NCBI GenBank assembly: GCA_965248575.1
Contig: CBDFJQ010000002.1
Coordinates: forward strand, 1,056,001 to 1,120,000
Length of the DNA: 64,000 nt
From: Planctomycetota bacterium
GTDB taxonomy: Bacteria > Planctomycetota > B15-G4
Direction: 5' to 3'
Shown here: piece by piece, positions 1 through 9,316 of the stretch
Numbering within the stretch: position 1 is the stretch's first letter
Layout: the number at the start of each line of letters is the position of its first letter
Notes under the pieces: generated by a model
What the model was told of the DNA's origin: nothing
The model's database searches: none
The model's input: only the letters and a program-made list of their open reading frames with translations
Program-made: the position numbers and the translations under genes

Positions 1-44
1 CATACGGGACGATTCCTCGCCCCGCTGTTGGAGAAGACCGGCGC

Positions 45-1718
45 ATGAGTCCCGACCTGCCGCTCACCGTTCAGGGCGACAAGACCATCCTCGCGGAGGT
101 CCACACCGAAGGCTTCTCCGAAGCACGCGACTTCCTCCCGCTGTTCGCGGAGCTTGAGAAGAGCCCTGAACACATCCACACCTACCGCATCACCTCGCTT
201 TCCATCTGGAATGCTGCGGCAGCGGGCCTCAGCGCGGAAGACATCCTCACCTTCCTGAAAGCCCAGTCGCGCTACCCCATCCCCCCGAACGTCAAGGTCG
301 ACATCGAGGAGAACATCCGGCGCTTCGGGCTGCTGCGCTTGGAGCGCGTGGATGGCGTGCTGGCCCTCACCTCGGCAGACGAGGTGCTGCTGAAGCACAT
401 CCGCAAGACCGCAAGCCTCAAGCAGTTCTTCGAGGCAGGAGGCTCGACAACCGTGCTACCCGTCGTGGAGGCCATGCGTGGCGACGTGAAGCAGGCGTTG
501 ATCCGCATCGGGTATCCCGTCGAGGATCTGGCCGGATACACCCCGGGCGCCAAGCTGGAGTTCAGCCTGCGCGACACATCCGGACGCACCGGAGAGGACT
601 TCGGGCTGCGCGCCTACCAGCAAGAGGCGGCGACCATCTTCCATGCAGGCGGCACGGAAAAGGGCGGCAGCGGCGTCGTCGTCCTGCCCTGCGGCGCCGG
701 CAAGACCGTGGTGGGCATCGGCTGCCTGCACAAACTGCAGACCCAGTGCCTAATCCTGACCACCAACACCATCGCCGTCCGCCAATGGCGCGACGAGCTG
801 TTGGACAAGACGACCCTGACGGAAGAGGAGGTAGGTGAGTACACCGGCGACAACAAGCACATCGCTCCCATCACCATCTCGACCTATCAGATGATCACCT
901 ACCGGCGTCGCAAGAGCGGGGAGTTCACGCACTTCCAGTTGTTCGGCGCCCGGGACTGGGGCCTGGTCATCTACGATGAGGTGCACCTCCTACCAGCCCC
1001 CGTTTTCCGTGTCACGGCCGAGATCCAGGCACGACGACGCCTGGGGCTCACAGCGACCCTCGTACGCGAAGATGGACGCGAGGACGAGGTGTTCTCACTC
1101 ATCGGCCCCAAGAAGTACGACGTGCCCTGGAAGATCCTGGAGCGCCAGGGATGGATCGCGGACGCCCACTGCGTGGAAGTGCGCATCCCGCTCATGCCCT
1201 CGGCCACCTTCGACTACCAGACAGCCGGCAGTCGCGACCAGTTCAGGATCGCCTCGGAGAACCCTGACAAGCTGCCGGTGGTGCAGCGGCTCGCGGCCCG
1301 ACACAGCGAGGACCGGGTGCTGATCATCGGCCAGTACCTCGACCAGCTGGACCATCTCGCGGAAGCCATGCAGGCTCCTGTGATCACCGGACGCACTCCG
1401 AACAAGGAGCGTGCCGAGCTCTACGAGCGATTCCGGAACGGGGACCTGCATCTCCTGATCGTTTCCAAGGTGGGAAACTTCGCCGTGGACCTCCCAGACG
1501 CCAATGTGGCCATCCAGGTCTCAGGCACCTTTGGTTCCCGACAGGAGGAAGCCCAGCGCCTGGGCCGCATCCTGCGCCCGAAGAGTGACCGGCGACCGGC
1601 CGTTTTCTACTCGGTGGTGACGCGCGACAGCCGTGAGGAGCACTTCGCCAACAACCGCCAGCTGTTTCTGACGGAGCAGGGTTACACCTACGAGATCCTG
1701 GACGTCTCCGAGGTCTGA
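45..1718 (+). CDS. XPB/Rad25-type superfamily 2 DNA helicase
   Basis: N-terminal XPB domain (PLTVQGDKTIL..ELEKSPEHIHTYRIT), Walker A VLPCGAGKT, DEVH, TATLVRED, motif VI QEEAQRLGRILRPK. Confidence 0.93.
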   Translation: MSPDLPLTVQGDKTILAEVHTEGFSEARDFLPLFAELEKSPEHIHTYRITSLSIWNAAAAGLSAEDILTFLKAQSRYPIPPNVKVDIEENIRRFGLLRLERVDGVLALTSADEVLLKHIRKTASLKQFFEAGGSTTVLPVVEAMRGDVKQALIRIGYPVEDLAGYTPGAKLEFSLRDTSGRTGEDFGLRAYQQEAATIFHAGGTEKGGSGVVVLPCGAGKTVVGIGCLHKLQTQCLILTTNTIAVRQWRDELLDKTTLTEEEVGEYTGDNKHIAPITISTYQMITYRRRKSGEFTHFQLFGARDWGLVIYDEVHLLPAPVFRVTAEIQARRRLGLTATLVREDGREDEVFSLIGPKKYDVPWKILERQGWIADAHCVEVRIPLMPSATFDYQTAGSRDQFRIASENPDKLPVVQRLAARHSEDRVLIIGQYLDQLDHLAEAMQAPVITGRTPNKERAELYERFRNGDLHLLIVSKVGNFAVDLPDANVAIQVSGTFGSRQEEAQRLGRILRPKSDRRPAVFYSVVTRDSREEHFANNRQLFLTEQGYTYEILDVSEV

Positions 1719-1861
1719 GGCGGCGTCCCTTGCTGCTTCCCTCCTTTCAAGGGGTGCCCCCAGGGACCCTGCGCGGGTCGCACGAAGGGGGCCCCAGAGG
1801 GGCTCGCACGGACAGGGGATCCTGCGGTACAGTGGACGACTTCGTTATCAGGGTCCTAATT

Positions 1862-3997
1862 GTGCCTGATCAGACCGACTCCAACGCCCGCAGGTCCTCC
1901 CGAGGCGTCGCCCTCGAGGTGGCGCTTGAGCACAAGGACGAGCGCGAACTCGACGAGCTGCTCTCCTTCTGGGACGGCCGGAGCTCCGTGCCCTCCGGCG
2001 ACCGGGCGATCCCGGAGCTGCGCCGGCGGATGTCGAACGAGAAGACCGTCCGCAAGCGGATGAAGTTCCTGAGCAAGAAGCTCGTCGACCTGCTGAAGTT
2101 CTTCCTGAGAGGTGACGGCTATCGCTCCGAGCTGGCCCACGTCACCGGCAGCCAGGCGTTCTCCTATCTCTCGCCCTTCGAGTTGAAGGCCGCAGTCAAC
2201 GCGCTCATCAAGCGCGGCTTCCTGTTCCACGCCAATGGGCACAAGCGCGACAACGGCACGTCGCGCTCAGGGAAGGAAAATGGGAAGTCATCCGAAGACA
2301 CCTTCCTGGTTCCCTGTGAGCTGGGCGACGTCCTGCAGGCCTTCATCTGGGACGACGACCGAACAGTCGAGGAGACCTTCTCCCTCAAGGGGCAGCTGGC
2401 CCGACTCGTGGACCGCCGCGACCTGGATTCGCTCGTGCAGCGCTTCGTTCCAGATGCCAAGGGTGCCGAGAGCCACACGCACGCGGCACAACTCCTGAGC
2501 CAGAACCAGACGGTCAGCGAACGCCTGGCAAAGATCCCCGAAAAGCACCACCCGCTGCTCAAGCTGGTCGTCGGTACCTACGGCGGCATCACTCCACGCA
2601 CCGTGCTCCAGAAGAAGCACAAGGGCCTCGCTCGCTGGAATCGCAAGGAGCTGCAGGACCTGCTGGAGGGCCAACTGCTCGGCACCGTGCGTCACGTCAG
2701 CCTGGGTGAGTTCGGGATCCACCAGTTCGACGAGGCCGTCGTGGTCTATGTCGAGCTGCTCAAGCCGCTGCGCGAGCTGCTGACCGAGACTCCACCGACA
2801 GTCGACCTCGTTCGCAGCCTCGGCGTGGACCTGATCTCAGACGTCTCGGCCTTCCTCAGCTACATCGAGCACAATCCCATCAAGCTCACGTTGTCGGGCA
2901 AGGTCTATCGCACCGCGGTGCGCAAGCTCGAGGACTCGTTCATCCTGGCGAGCACTTCAGGCTTCCCCGGTGACTGGTTGTTTCAGTACCTCTTCGACTT
3001 CTGCAACAGCCAGTCCATGATCCAGCGCGGCGACGACCGCAGCGTCAGCCTCACCATCAAGGGCCGCAGCTGGGACCGCACGCCCCTTGACCAGAAGCTG
3101 TCCCGGTTGCTGAAATTCTCCTGCGGCAACTGGACCACGACGGAGGAGCCCTTTCACGGGGTTCAGCTGCTCGATCTCTACCTCGATGCCATCCGGGAGC
3201 TGCCGATCGGGCAGTGGGTGGACATCAACGCGCCGTCCTTCGACGCGCGCAGCCACTACCTGGCCAACCTGGACAACTTTGGCGTCCGAGACCGTTTCCA
3301 GAGCCGGTTCCAGTTCGCGCAGCAGTCGGGCATGCGCGACCCCCATCAGCTGGCCCAGGAACTGAGCGGCTGGGCACGCAAGCGCCTGTTCCTGTTCGGC
3401 ATGCTCGACCTGGGTGAGTTCGAGGGCAGGCCGGCAGCCATCCGCTTGACCCCACTCGGCGCGAAGGCCCTGGGGCTTGAGGTCAAGGAGGCCGATGAGA
3501 GCTCCGCGCCACTCATCGTGAACCCGGACTTCGAGGTCATCCTGTTTCCGGACAGCTCCAGCTACGACGTGATCACCGAGCTGGATCGTTTCGCCGAACG
3601 GGTGGCCAGTGACTCGGCCTATCGCTACCGACTGACCGCGGCCTCCATCGAGAAGGCCGTTGCCGAAGGCATGGAGCCGTCCTCGATCCTCAAGACGCTC
3701 AGCGAACACAGCCGCGTCGACGTGCCGCAGAACGTCATCTATTCCATCGGGCAGTGGGCGGGCAAGGTCAAGTTCGTCCGACAGACCACCGTAAGCCTGG
3801 TGCGTGGCAGGAACAAAGAGGTCATCGACAGGATCCTGCACAACGAGGCCTTGAAGGCGCACGTCCTGGAGCGACTCTCACCGACGGCAGTCCTGCTGTC
3901 CCGTAGCTTGCCGAGGGCAGAATTCGGAGCCTTGCTCGAGCCCCTCGGCATCTTCCTTGAGGAGCTGGAAGAGGGCTCCGAAGGCAGCAATGAATGA
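1862..3997 (+). CDS. XPB-associated protein with C-terminal Helicase_C_3-like (XPB-NTD/p52-clutch-like) domain
   Basis: Long ORF from 1730; true start uncertain (GTG 1862 or 1919). C-terminal PLIVNPDFEVI..ELDRFAER..YRLTAASIEKA..VPQNVIYSIGQW resembles the N-terminus of the adjacent XPB. No Walker motifs. Confidence 0.75.
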   Translation: MPDQTDSNARRSSRGVALEVALEHKDERELDELLSFWDGRSSVPSGDRAIPELRRRMSNEKTVRKRMKFLSKKLVDLLKFFLRGDGYRSELAHVTGSQAFSYLSPFELKAAVNALIKRGFLFHANGHKRDNGTSRSGKENGKSSEDTFLVPCELGDVLQAFIWDDDRTVEETFSLKGQLARLVDRRDLDSLVQRFVPDAKGAESHTHAAQLLSQNQTVSERLAKIPEKHHPLLKLVVGTYGGITPRTVLQKKHKGLARWNRKELQDLLEGQLLGTVRHVSLGEFGIHQFDEAVVVYVELLKPLRELLTETPPTVDLVRSLGVDLISDVSAFLSYIEHNPIKLTLSGKVYRTAVRKLEDSFILASTSGFPGDWLFQYLFDFCNSQSMIQRGDDRSVSLTIKGRSWDRTPLDQKLSRLLKFSCGNWTTTEEPFHGVQLLDLYLDAIRELPIGQWVDINAPSFDARSHYLANLDNFGVRDRFQSRFQFAQQSGMRDPHQLAQELSGWARKRLFLFGMLDLGEFEGRPAAIRLTPLGAKALGLEVKEADESSAPLIVNPDFEVILFPDSSSYDVITELDRFAERVASDSAYRYRLTAASIEKAVAEGMEPSSILKTLSEHSRVDVPQNVIYSIGQWAGKVKFVRQTTVSLVRGRNKEVIDRILHNEALKAHVLERLSPTAVLLSRSLPRAEFGALLEPLGIFLEELEEGSEGSNE

Positions 3998-4649
3998 CGA
4001 GCGCCTAGGCGCACTGCGCCTCGTGTTCGTCACCCCCGGCTGCCTCCCGGTGGCTGAAACCGCCGCACGGATCGAAGCTGTCCTTGAGGGGGGCGTGACG
4101 ACGGTCCTTCTGCGCGAGCCGCAGCTCGAGGACGCTGAACGACGCCGCTTCGCCAAGCACGCGGTGAACGCCTGCCACGCAGCGGGAGCGCTGTGCCTGG
4201 TGAGTCGCGACCTGGAGCTGGCTGGAGAGTGCGACGCGGACGGCGTGCATCTGGGCTGGGGAGGTCCCTCCGTCGAGCAAGCCCGGAGCCAACTCGCAGG
4301 GCGGCTCGTCGGCCGCTCTGCCCACTGGCCCCTCGTCGACGAAGACCTGCTCGCGGACTACGTGACGCTCAGTCCCTTTCACAGCACACCCAGGAGCCAC
4401 CCACGCACCCTGCTTTCGGTCGAGCAGGTGGCAGCCGCTGTGGATCGCCTCGCACCCCGTCCGGTGCTCGCCCTGGGCGGCATGACGGCCGCTCGCATCC
4501 CGGACCTTCCCGCGGGAATTCGTGGCGTGGCCGTGATCCGCGCCCTCTCGGAAGCCCCCGATCCACGCGCAAGTGCCGCCGTGCTGCGCTCGCTCATGGA
4601 TGCCCAGCTCGACTTCGGCATGGGCCAGGGGGCGGCTCATGGCCTTTGA
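3990..4649 (+). CDS. Thiamine-phosphate synthase/TenI family TIM-barrel protein (divergent)
   Basis: ADGVHLG, GRSAH, VLALGGM, GVAVIRAL. ATG at 3990 overlaps the upstream stop. Several ThiE catalytic residues are replaced. Confidence 0.75.
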   Translation: MNDERLGALRLVFVTPGCLPVAETAARIEAVLEGGVTTVLLREPQLEDAERRRFAKHAVNACHAAGALCLVSRDLELAGECDADGVHLGWGGPSVEQARSQLAGRLVGRSAHWPLVDEDLLADYVTLSPFHSTPRSHPRTLLSVEQVAAAVDRLAPRPVLALGGMTAARIPDLPAGIRGVAVIRALSEAPDPRASAAVLRSLMDAQLDFGMGQGAAHGL

Positions 4650-5532
4650 CGAACAGCAGTTCATCGCCTGGGTAACAGGTGAAGCGGGCGAGGAAGCCGA
4701 CCGCTCCGGTCTTCGGGAGCAACGGCTCGCCGTAGGCCCCGGCGATGATGGGGCGGTCCTGATCGACGGCACCGTCGTGGCCTTGGACAGCTTCGTTGAA
4801 GGGGTGCACTTCGATCCCGGAACTCCCGCCGAACTCCTCGCGCGCAAGGCCTTGGGGGCCTGCCTGTCGGACCTGTGCGCCATGGGTGCGGAAGCGGAGG
4901 CCGTCTTCCTCTCGGCCCAGCTGAGCCCCGGCTGCGACGGCGAGGCGCTGGCAGCGGCCCTGGTGCGCTGGAGTCGGGCCTTCGGTGTGGCTCTTGCGGG
5001 CGGAGACACCGTGCGCACGTCGCCAGGGAGCCTCGCGCTCTCCGTGACCGCCATCGGTCGCTGCGGCCAGGGACACGCACCGTGGCTCCGCTCTGGCGGT
5101 CAGGTGGGGGACCAGCTGGTGGTCAGCGGCCCGCTGGGGGGCTCCCGGTCCGGGCGCCATCTGAGGGTGAAACCCCGCCAGGATCTGGTCCGCAGGGCAC
5201 GCGAAGAGTCGCTGCCCGTGCATGCTTGCATGGACCTCTCCGATGGGCTCGGGACCGACCTGCCCCGGCTCTGCAAGGCGTCGGGCCTCGGCGCTGTGAT
5301 CATCGCCGATCGACTACCCATCCACCCCGACGTGGACCGGCAGCGGGACACCACCCTGGCTGCGCTGGGCGACGGCGAGGACTTTGAACTGCTCTTTGCC
5401 CTGCCACCTTCCGTAGCCCTTCCCGCAGGCTGTACAAAGGTGGGGAGCCTGCGGCAGCAGAGTCTGATCGAGTTGGAGTCCGCGGGAAAACGGCAGCCTT
5501 GGCCGGAGGCAGGTCATGTTCACCGGTTCTGA
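4639..5532 (+). CDS. thiL: Thiamine-monophosphate kinase
   Basis: GPGDDGAV, D.FVEGVHF, LSDLCAMGA, GGDT, MDLSDGL, GEDFELLF. Confidence 0.92.
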   Translation: MAFDEQQFIAWVTGEAGEEADRSGLREQRLAVGPGDDGAVLIDGTVVALDSFVEGVHFDPGTPAELLARKALGACLSDLCAMGAEAEAVFLSAQLSPGCDGEALAAALVRWSRAFGVALAGGDTVRTSPGSLALSVTAIGRCGQGHAPWLRSGGQVGDQLVVSGPLGGSRSGRHLRVKPRQDLVRRAREESLPVHACMDLSDGLGTDLPRLCKASGLGAVIIADRLPIHPDVDRQRDTTLAALGDGEDFELLFALPPSVALPAGCTKVGSLRQQSLIELESAGKRQPWPEAGHVHRF

Positions 5533-6001
5533 GTCACTCCCAGATGTCGCTGCCACCCACGCCTTGGCGGCGCGCGTGGCCGCTGGCCTGCAACCCGGGT
5601 CCGTCGTGGGGCTGATGGGAGAGCTGGGCGCTGGGAAGACGGAATTCACGCGGGGCCTCGTGCAGGCGCTGGAGGGGCCCGCGGGCTCGGACGTCTGTTC
5701 CCCGTCCTACCTTCTGCTGAACCTCTACGAGGGGGGGCGGTTGCCCGTGGCCCACTTCGACGCCTACTTCATGGACGGTGCCGACGACCTCGAACGGGCG
5801 GGCTTGGCCGACCTTCGCCGGGACGGATACGTCGTAGTCGTGGAGTGGGCCGACCGGGTGCCCGAGGCCTTGCCCAGCGAGACCCAATGGATCGAGCTGA
5901 GTCCCGAGGACGGCCTCAACGACGGGGCCGTGCCTGCCCCGACCGGCAATGGACGCCGCGCCGAGCTGGGCGTCCCCCCAGCTGCGGGCGGAACCCCGTG
6001 A
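5516..6001 (+). CDS. tsaE: tRNA t6A biosynthesis ATPase
   Basis: LMGELGAGKTEFTRG, V.SPSY.L...Y, HFDAY, VEWAD. Confidence 0.92.
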   Translation: MFTGSESLPDVAATHALAARVAAGLQPGSVVGLMGELGAGKTEFTRGLVQALEGPAGSDVCSPSYLLLNLYEGGRLPVAHFDAYFMDGADDLERAGLADLRRDGYVVVVEWADRVPEALPSETQWIELSPEDGLNDGAVPAPTGNGRRAELGVPPAAGGTP

Positions 6002-6858
6002 GCACAGGCTGCCGCTTGGGCCCGGCTACGTCCTGTCTGCCGCAAACACTCCTCCGCTGGTGGGCTGCCCCGCTGCTGACCGCGCTCGCCCTGAGCACCC
6101 TCGACGCTGAGCTCGCTGGAGCTCAAAGCCTGCGCGCGCAGGACAGCACTCCCGCCAAACCAGAGCAGTCGCAAACGGCCAGCGCTCAGAATGCACCGGG
6201 GCCAGCACTGGTTCCGGCCCTCGATCAGAAAGGCCCAGGCCTTCCGCCCACCCGCTTCGGGACGCAGGTCCTGGCGGAGAACCCGCTGATCGTGGCCGGG
6301 GCGGTGGAGAGCGTCACGCGCATCGGCCTGGGGACGGCCGTCGTGCGCCTCCGGATCGAAGAGCTGCTGCTGAAGCAGGGCGCTGAGCGGGTTCCAGAGG
6401 CCATCCTCATTCTCACCCAAGCAGGCGATTTTCAGTCCGGGGCGCGAGGCCTGCTCGTGCTGCAACCCTTCGGCTCGGGGGGGCGCTACCAGGTGCAACA
6501 CCGGGTGGACGCGCGAGACCCGGACTACCGCGCGAAGCTCTCGGCGGCCCGCAGCCAGATCCAACTGATGAACATCGATGGATCGGAACGGCGCGCGGCA
6601 GCCACCTTCGAGATGCTGCTCGAACTCATGGGCAAGCCTGACGCCTGGAGCCGCGCCAATGCCCTGTCGGAACTCAACTGGGTGGCTGCGGTGAACCCGG
6701 ACATCCTCAACGCCGAGCGCCTGCGTCGACTCCGTCATCTCGGCGCATCGTCCACCTGGGCCGAGGTGCGCTACGGTGTCGAATCGGTGGCGAATGAGAT
6801 GGTCCGCAGAACCCAGGCTTTACGCCTCTCCGCCCAGCAGGAATCCTCCTCTCCATGA
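5998..6858 (+). CDS. Hypothetical exported protein (beta N-domain, HEAT-like helical C-domain)
   Basis: GTGA overlap with tsaE and ATGA overlap with the TolC gene; hydrophobic N-terminal segment WWAAPLLTALALSTL. Confidence 0.6.
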   Translation: MSTGCRLGPATSCLPQTLLRWWAAPLLTALALSTLDAELAGAQSLRAQDSTPAKPEQSQTASAQNAPGPALVPALDQKGPGLPPTRFGTQVLAENPLIVAGAVESVTRIGLGTAVVRLRIEELLLKQGAERVPEAILILTQAGDFQSGARGLLVLQPFGSGGRYQVQHRVDARDPDYRAKLSAARSQIQLMNIDGSERRAAATFEMLLELMGKPDAWSRANALSELNWVAAVNPDILNAERLRRLRHLGASSTWAEVRYGVESVANEMVRRTQALRLSAQQESSSP

Positions 6859-8471
6859 ACCTCTCCCTCGCTCTGATCATGGTGCTGGTGTCCACGGCAC
6901 CTCAGGACTCCGACACCGCCGCGCCCGCCGTTGACGCCCCGGACGGCGCGCAGCTCATCGAGCTGTCCCTCGAGCAGGCCATCGCCGAGTGCATCAACAA
7001 CAACCTCGCGCTGCAGCGTTCCGGCCTCAGCACCGAAGCCAGCGTCGCCGGCCTCGGCGCAGCGTGGGGCGACTTCGACACCGAGTTCTTCACCACCGTC
7101 ACGCGTTCAGAGACCGTGCAGGCCCCCAAGCCCATCAACTTCTCTGGTGGCGTCAACCTGGGACCCAGCAACACGTCAGAGTTCGATTTCCTGAGCGTCC
7201 GCAGCGGCGTACGCGGGAAGTTTGAGACCGGCATGACATGGGAATTGAGCGCGAGCACCACGGAGGTCCGGAACACCAACCGCCGCGTGCCCCAAGAGAC
7301 CTTTCCGGGCAGCGGCGTCTTCGTGACCAAGGATCTCGACAACGACGAGACGACGGCTGAGTGGTCCCTTTCACTCACCCAACCCCTGCTGCGCGGCGGT
7401 TCCAAGGACTACGCACGCTCCGAGCTGGAGCTGGCAGCCAAGGATGTGAGCATCGCGGCCATCGCAACACGCAGCCTCACATACACCACGATCGTCTCCG
7501 TCGTCACGGCCTACTGGGAACTCGTCTACAGCCGCCAGAACGTCGACACGGTGAACCTCTCCTTGGAGCTGGCCGGAGAGCTGCTCGCCATCACGGAGCG
7601 CAAGTACCAACAGGGCATCCAGAACCGCATCGATGTGATCGAGGTGGAGGCAGATGTGGCCCGCCGCCTGGAAGAGCTGCTCACGGCGGAGAACGCCGTC
7701 AAGCAGGCCGTCGACAACCTGCAGCAACTGGTCTTCGCCCCGGAGAGCGACGACGAGTGGAGTCGAGAGATCATCCCTTCGACGGCCTATGCGCCGCCAC
7801 CAGAAGGTTCGCGGGTCGACACCCAAGCCGCGGTGCGCGATGCGCTCATGCTGCGGCCCGATATCGCGAATGCACGGCTGGACCTCGAGCGCGCCGCCAT
7901 CGAGGTCCGACGTGCCGAGAGCGAGAGCCAGTCACGCCTGGACATCACCGGCTCTTACGGCCTGAACAGCAACGAGACCAACTCTGGGCTGGCCTTGCGA
8001 CGCCTCAACGACACGGGCTTGCACGAGGCCAGCATCTTCATCGACTACGAAGTGCCCTTCGGCAACCGGCGTGCGGGCTACAACCTCCGCCGGCGCAAGA
8101 TCGAACGGGAACGTGCAAGCGTCGCCCTGCGCGAGGCGGAGATCATCGCCGTCTCCGGTGTCCGTTCGTCGGCTCGCGACGTCGGCCTGCAGACTGAGCG
8201 CATCAAGGCGACCGCCGAGACGACCCGCCTGCGCCTCGAGGTGTACGAAGGCGAGAAGCGTCGGCTCGAGAACGACCTGAGCACACCCTTCGAGGTGCGC
8301 GAGGCCCAGCGCGACTACCTGACCGCCGTGGACGAGGGCACCCGCGCACGTCTGGACCTGGCCATCGCGCAGACGAATCTCCTGTCCTCGCGGGGCCGGC
8401 TGCTCGAACACTACGGGATCGTGCCGCCCATGCCCGATGTGTCGTTGGACGACGCGCCCGACGCGCCGTAG
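6855..8471 (+). CDS. TolC-family outer membrane efflux protein
   Basis: Signal peptide, LSLEQAIAECINNN, LTQPLLRG, AYWEL, RPDI, two OEP-type helical/beta repeats. Confidence 0.85.
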   Translation: MNLSLALIMVLVSTAPQDSDTAAPAVDAPDGAQLIELSLEQAIAECINNNLALQRSGLSTEASVAGLGAAWGDFDTEFFTTVTRSETVQAPKPINFSGGVNLGPSNTSEFDFLSVRSGVRGKFETGMTWELSASTTEVRNTNRRVPQETFPGSGVFVTKDLDNDETTAEWSLSLTQPLLRGGSKDYARSELELAAKDVSIAAIATRSLTYTTIVSVVTAYWELVYSRQNVDTVNLSLELAGELLAITERKYQQGIQNRIDVIEVEADVARRLEELLTAENAVKQAVDNLQQLVFAPESDDEWSREIIPSTAYAPPPEGSRVDTQAAVRDALMLRPDIANARLDLERAAIEVRRAESESQSRLDITGSYGLNSNETNSGLALRRLNDTGLHEASIFIDYEVPFGNRRAGYNLRRRKIERERASVALREAEIIAVSGVRSSARDVGLQTERIKATAETTRLRLEVYEGEKRRLENDLSTPFEVREAQRDYLTAVDEGTRARLDLAIAQTNLLSSRGRLLEHYGIVPPMPDVSLDDAPDAP

Positions 8472-9082
8472 AGCCCTCGCTGGGCAATGCGCTCGAGCAC
8501 GACGTCGGGGACATGGTCCGGACGTTCGCCGCGCTGCAGCGCTGCCCTGATCTCGGTGCTGGAGGCCGGATGGGGGGGCAACTCCAGGATATGGGCCGCG
8601 ATCTTGGCGGCATGCACCGCGCCGACCACAGCCTGCATGGGCGCAGCATCCAAGGGCGAGCCCGGGCGGGTCACCGCACAGAAGGTCACGAGTTCGCAGA
8701 GCTCGGCGATGCGGAACCAGTTGGGCAGGTCCACCAAGGTGTCAGCACCGATGATGTAGTACAGCTCCGTCTCGGGGCCGTGAGACAGGCGCAAGGCCTG
8801 CGCCGTGTCGATGCTGTAGCTCGGCCCCTCGCGCTGGAGTTCCACATCACAGGGAACCAGCAAGGGGTCGTCGGCGGTGGCCGCCGCGAGCAGGCCGAGG
8901 CGCTCCTCGGGAGCCTCCATGACCTGGTTCGGTTTGTGGGGAGGGCGCGGGGCTGGCACAAGCAGGACGCTCTCCAGCCCGAAGTGCTCCGCAGCAAGGC
9001 GCGCGATGCTCAAGTGCCCGTCATGGACAGGGTCGAAGCTGCCGCCCAACCACCCCAGCCGCGCTTTCCCTGGGCAAGGCAC
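8411..9082 (-). CDS. nadD: Nicotinate-nucleotide adenylyltransferase
   Basis: GGSFDPVHDGHL, PPHK, SYSIDT, IIGAD, SSTEIR. GTG start at 9082 just after the small upstream ORF. Confidence 0.93.
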   Translation of the reverse strand: MPCPGKARLGWLGGSFDPVHDGHLSIARLAAEHFGLESVLLVPAPRPPHKPNQVMEAPEERLGLLAAATADDPLLVPCDVELQREGPSYSIDTAQALRLSHGPETELYYIIGADTLVDLPNWFRIAELCELVTFCAVTRPGSPLDAAPMQAVVGAVHAAKIAAHILELPPHPASSTEIRAALQRGERPDHVPDVVLERIAQRGLYGASGASSNDTSGMGGTIP

Positions 9083-9084
9083 CT

Positions 9085-9234
9085 CTAGTACATGTCGTAC
9101 TGGAAGCCCTCGTCGGTCTGGGGACCGCCCGAGGTGTCGGAGAAGTAGAGGAAGGCCACGAGCGCGAGCACCAGGACCAGTGGCGTGATCCACCAGATCT
9201 TGTTCTCGCCGAGGAATTTCATGAAGGCGTTCAT
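9085..9234 (-). CDS. 49-aa single-TM membrane peptide, DUF5989-like (missing from the ORF track)
   Basis: Read directly: MNAFMKFLGENKIWWITPLVLVLALVAFLYFSDTSGGPQTDEGFQYDMY*. Pattern K.WW..P + TM + aromatic F.Y..Y tail. Confidence 0.75.
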   Translation of the reverse strand: MNAFMKFLGENKIWWITPLVLVLALVAFLYFSDTSGGPQTDEGFQYDMY

Positions 9235-9244
9235 AGTGGTTCAG

Positions 9245-9272
9245 AGCATACCCCGTCCCGCCCGCCTTCCAA
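9245..9272 (-). promoter_or_regulatory. Putative sigma70 promoter for the small ORF and nadD
   Basis: TTGGAA-N16-TATGCT on the minus strand, ending 10 nt before ATG 9234. Confidence 0.4.
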
Positions 9273-9296
9273 GCCCATGGCCGGTCCCGTGAACGT

Positions 9297-9314
9297 CCCC
9301 TGGACGTCCAGGGG
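9297..9314. repeat. Perfect 18-bp palindrome CCCCTGGACGTCCAGGGG just downstream of the htrA stop
   Basis: Sequence equals its reverse complement. No U-tract, so it could be a terminator-like hairpin or an operator. Confidence 0.6.
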
Positions 9315-9316
9315 GG

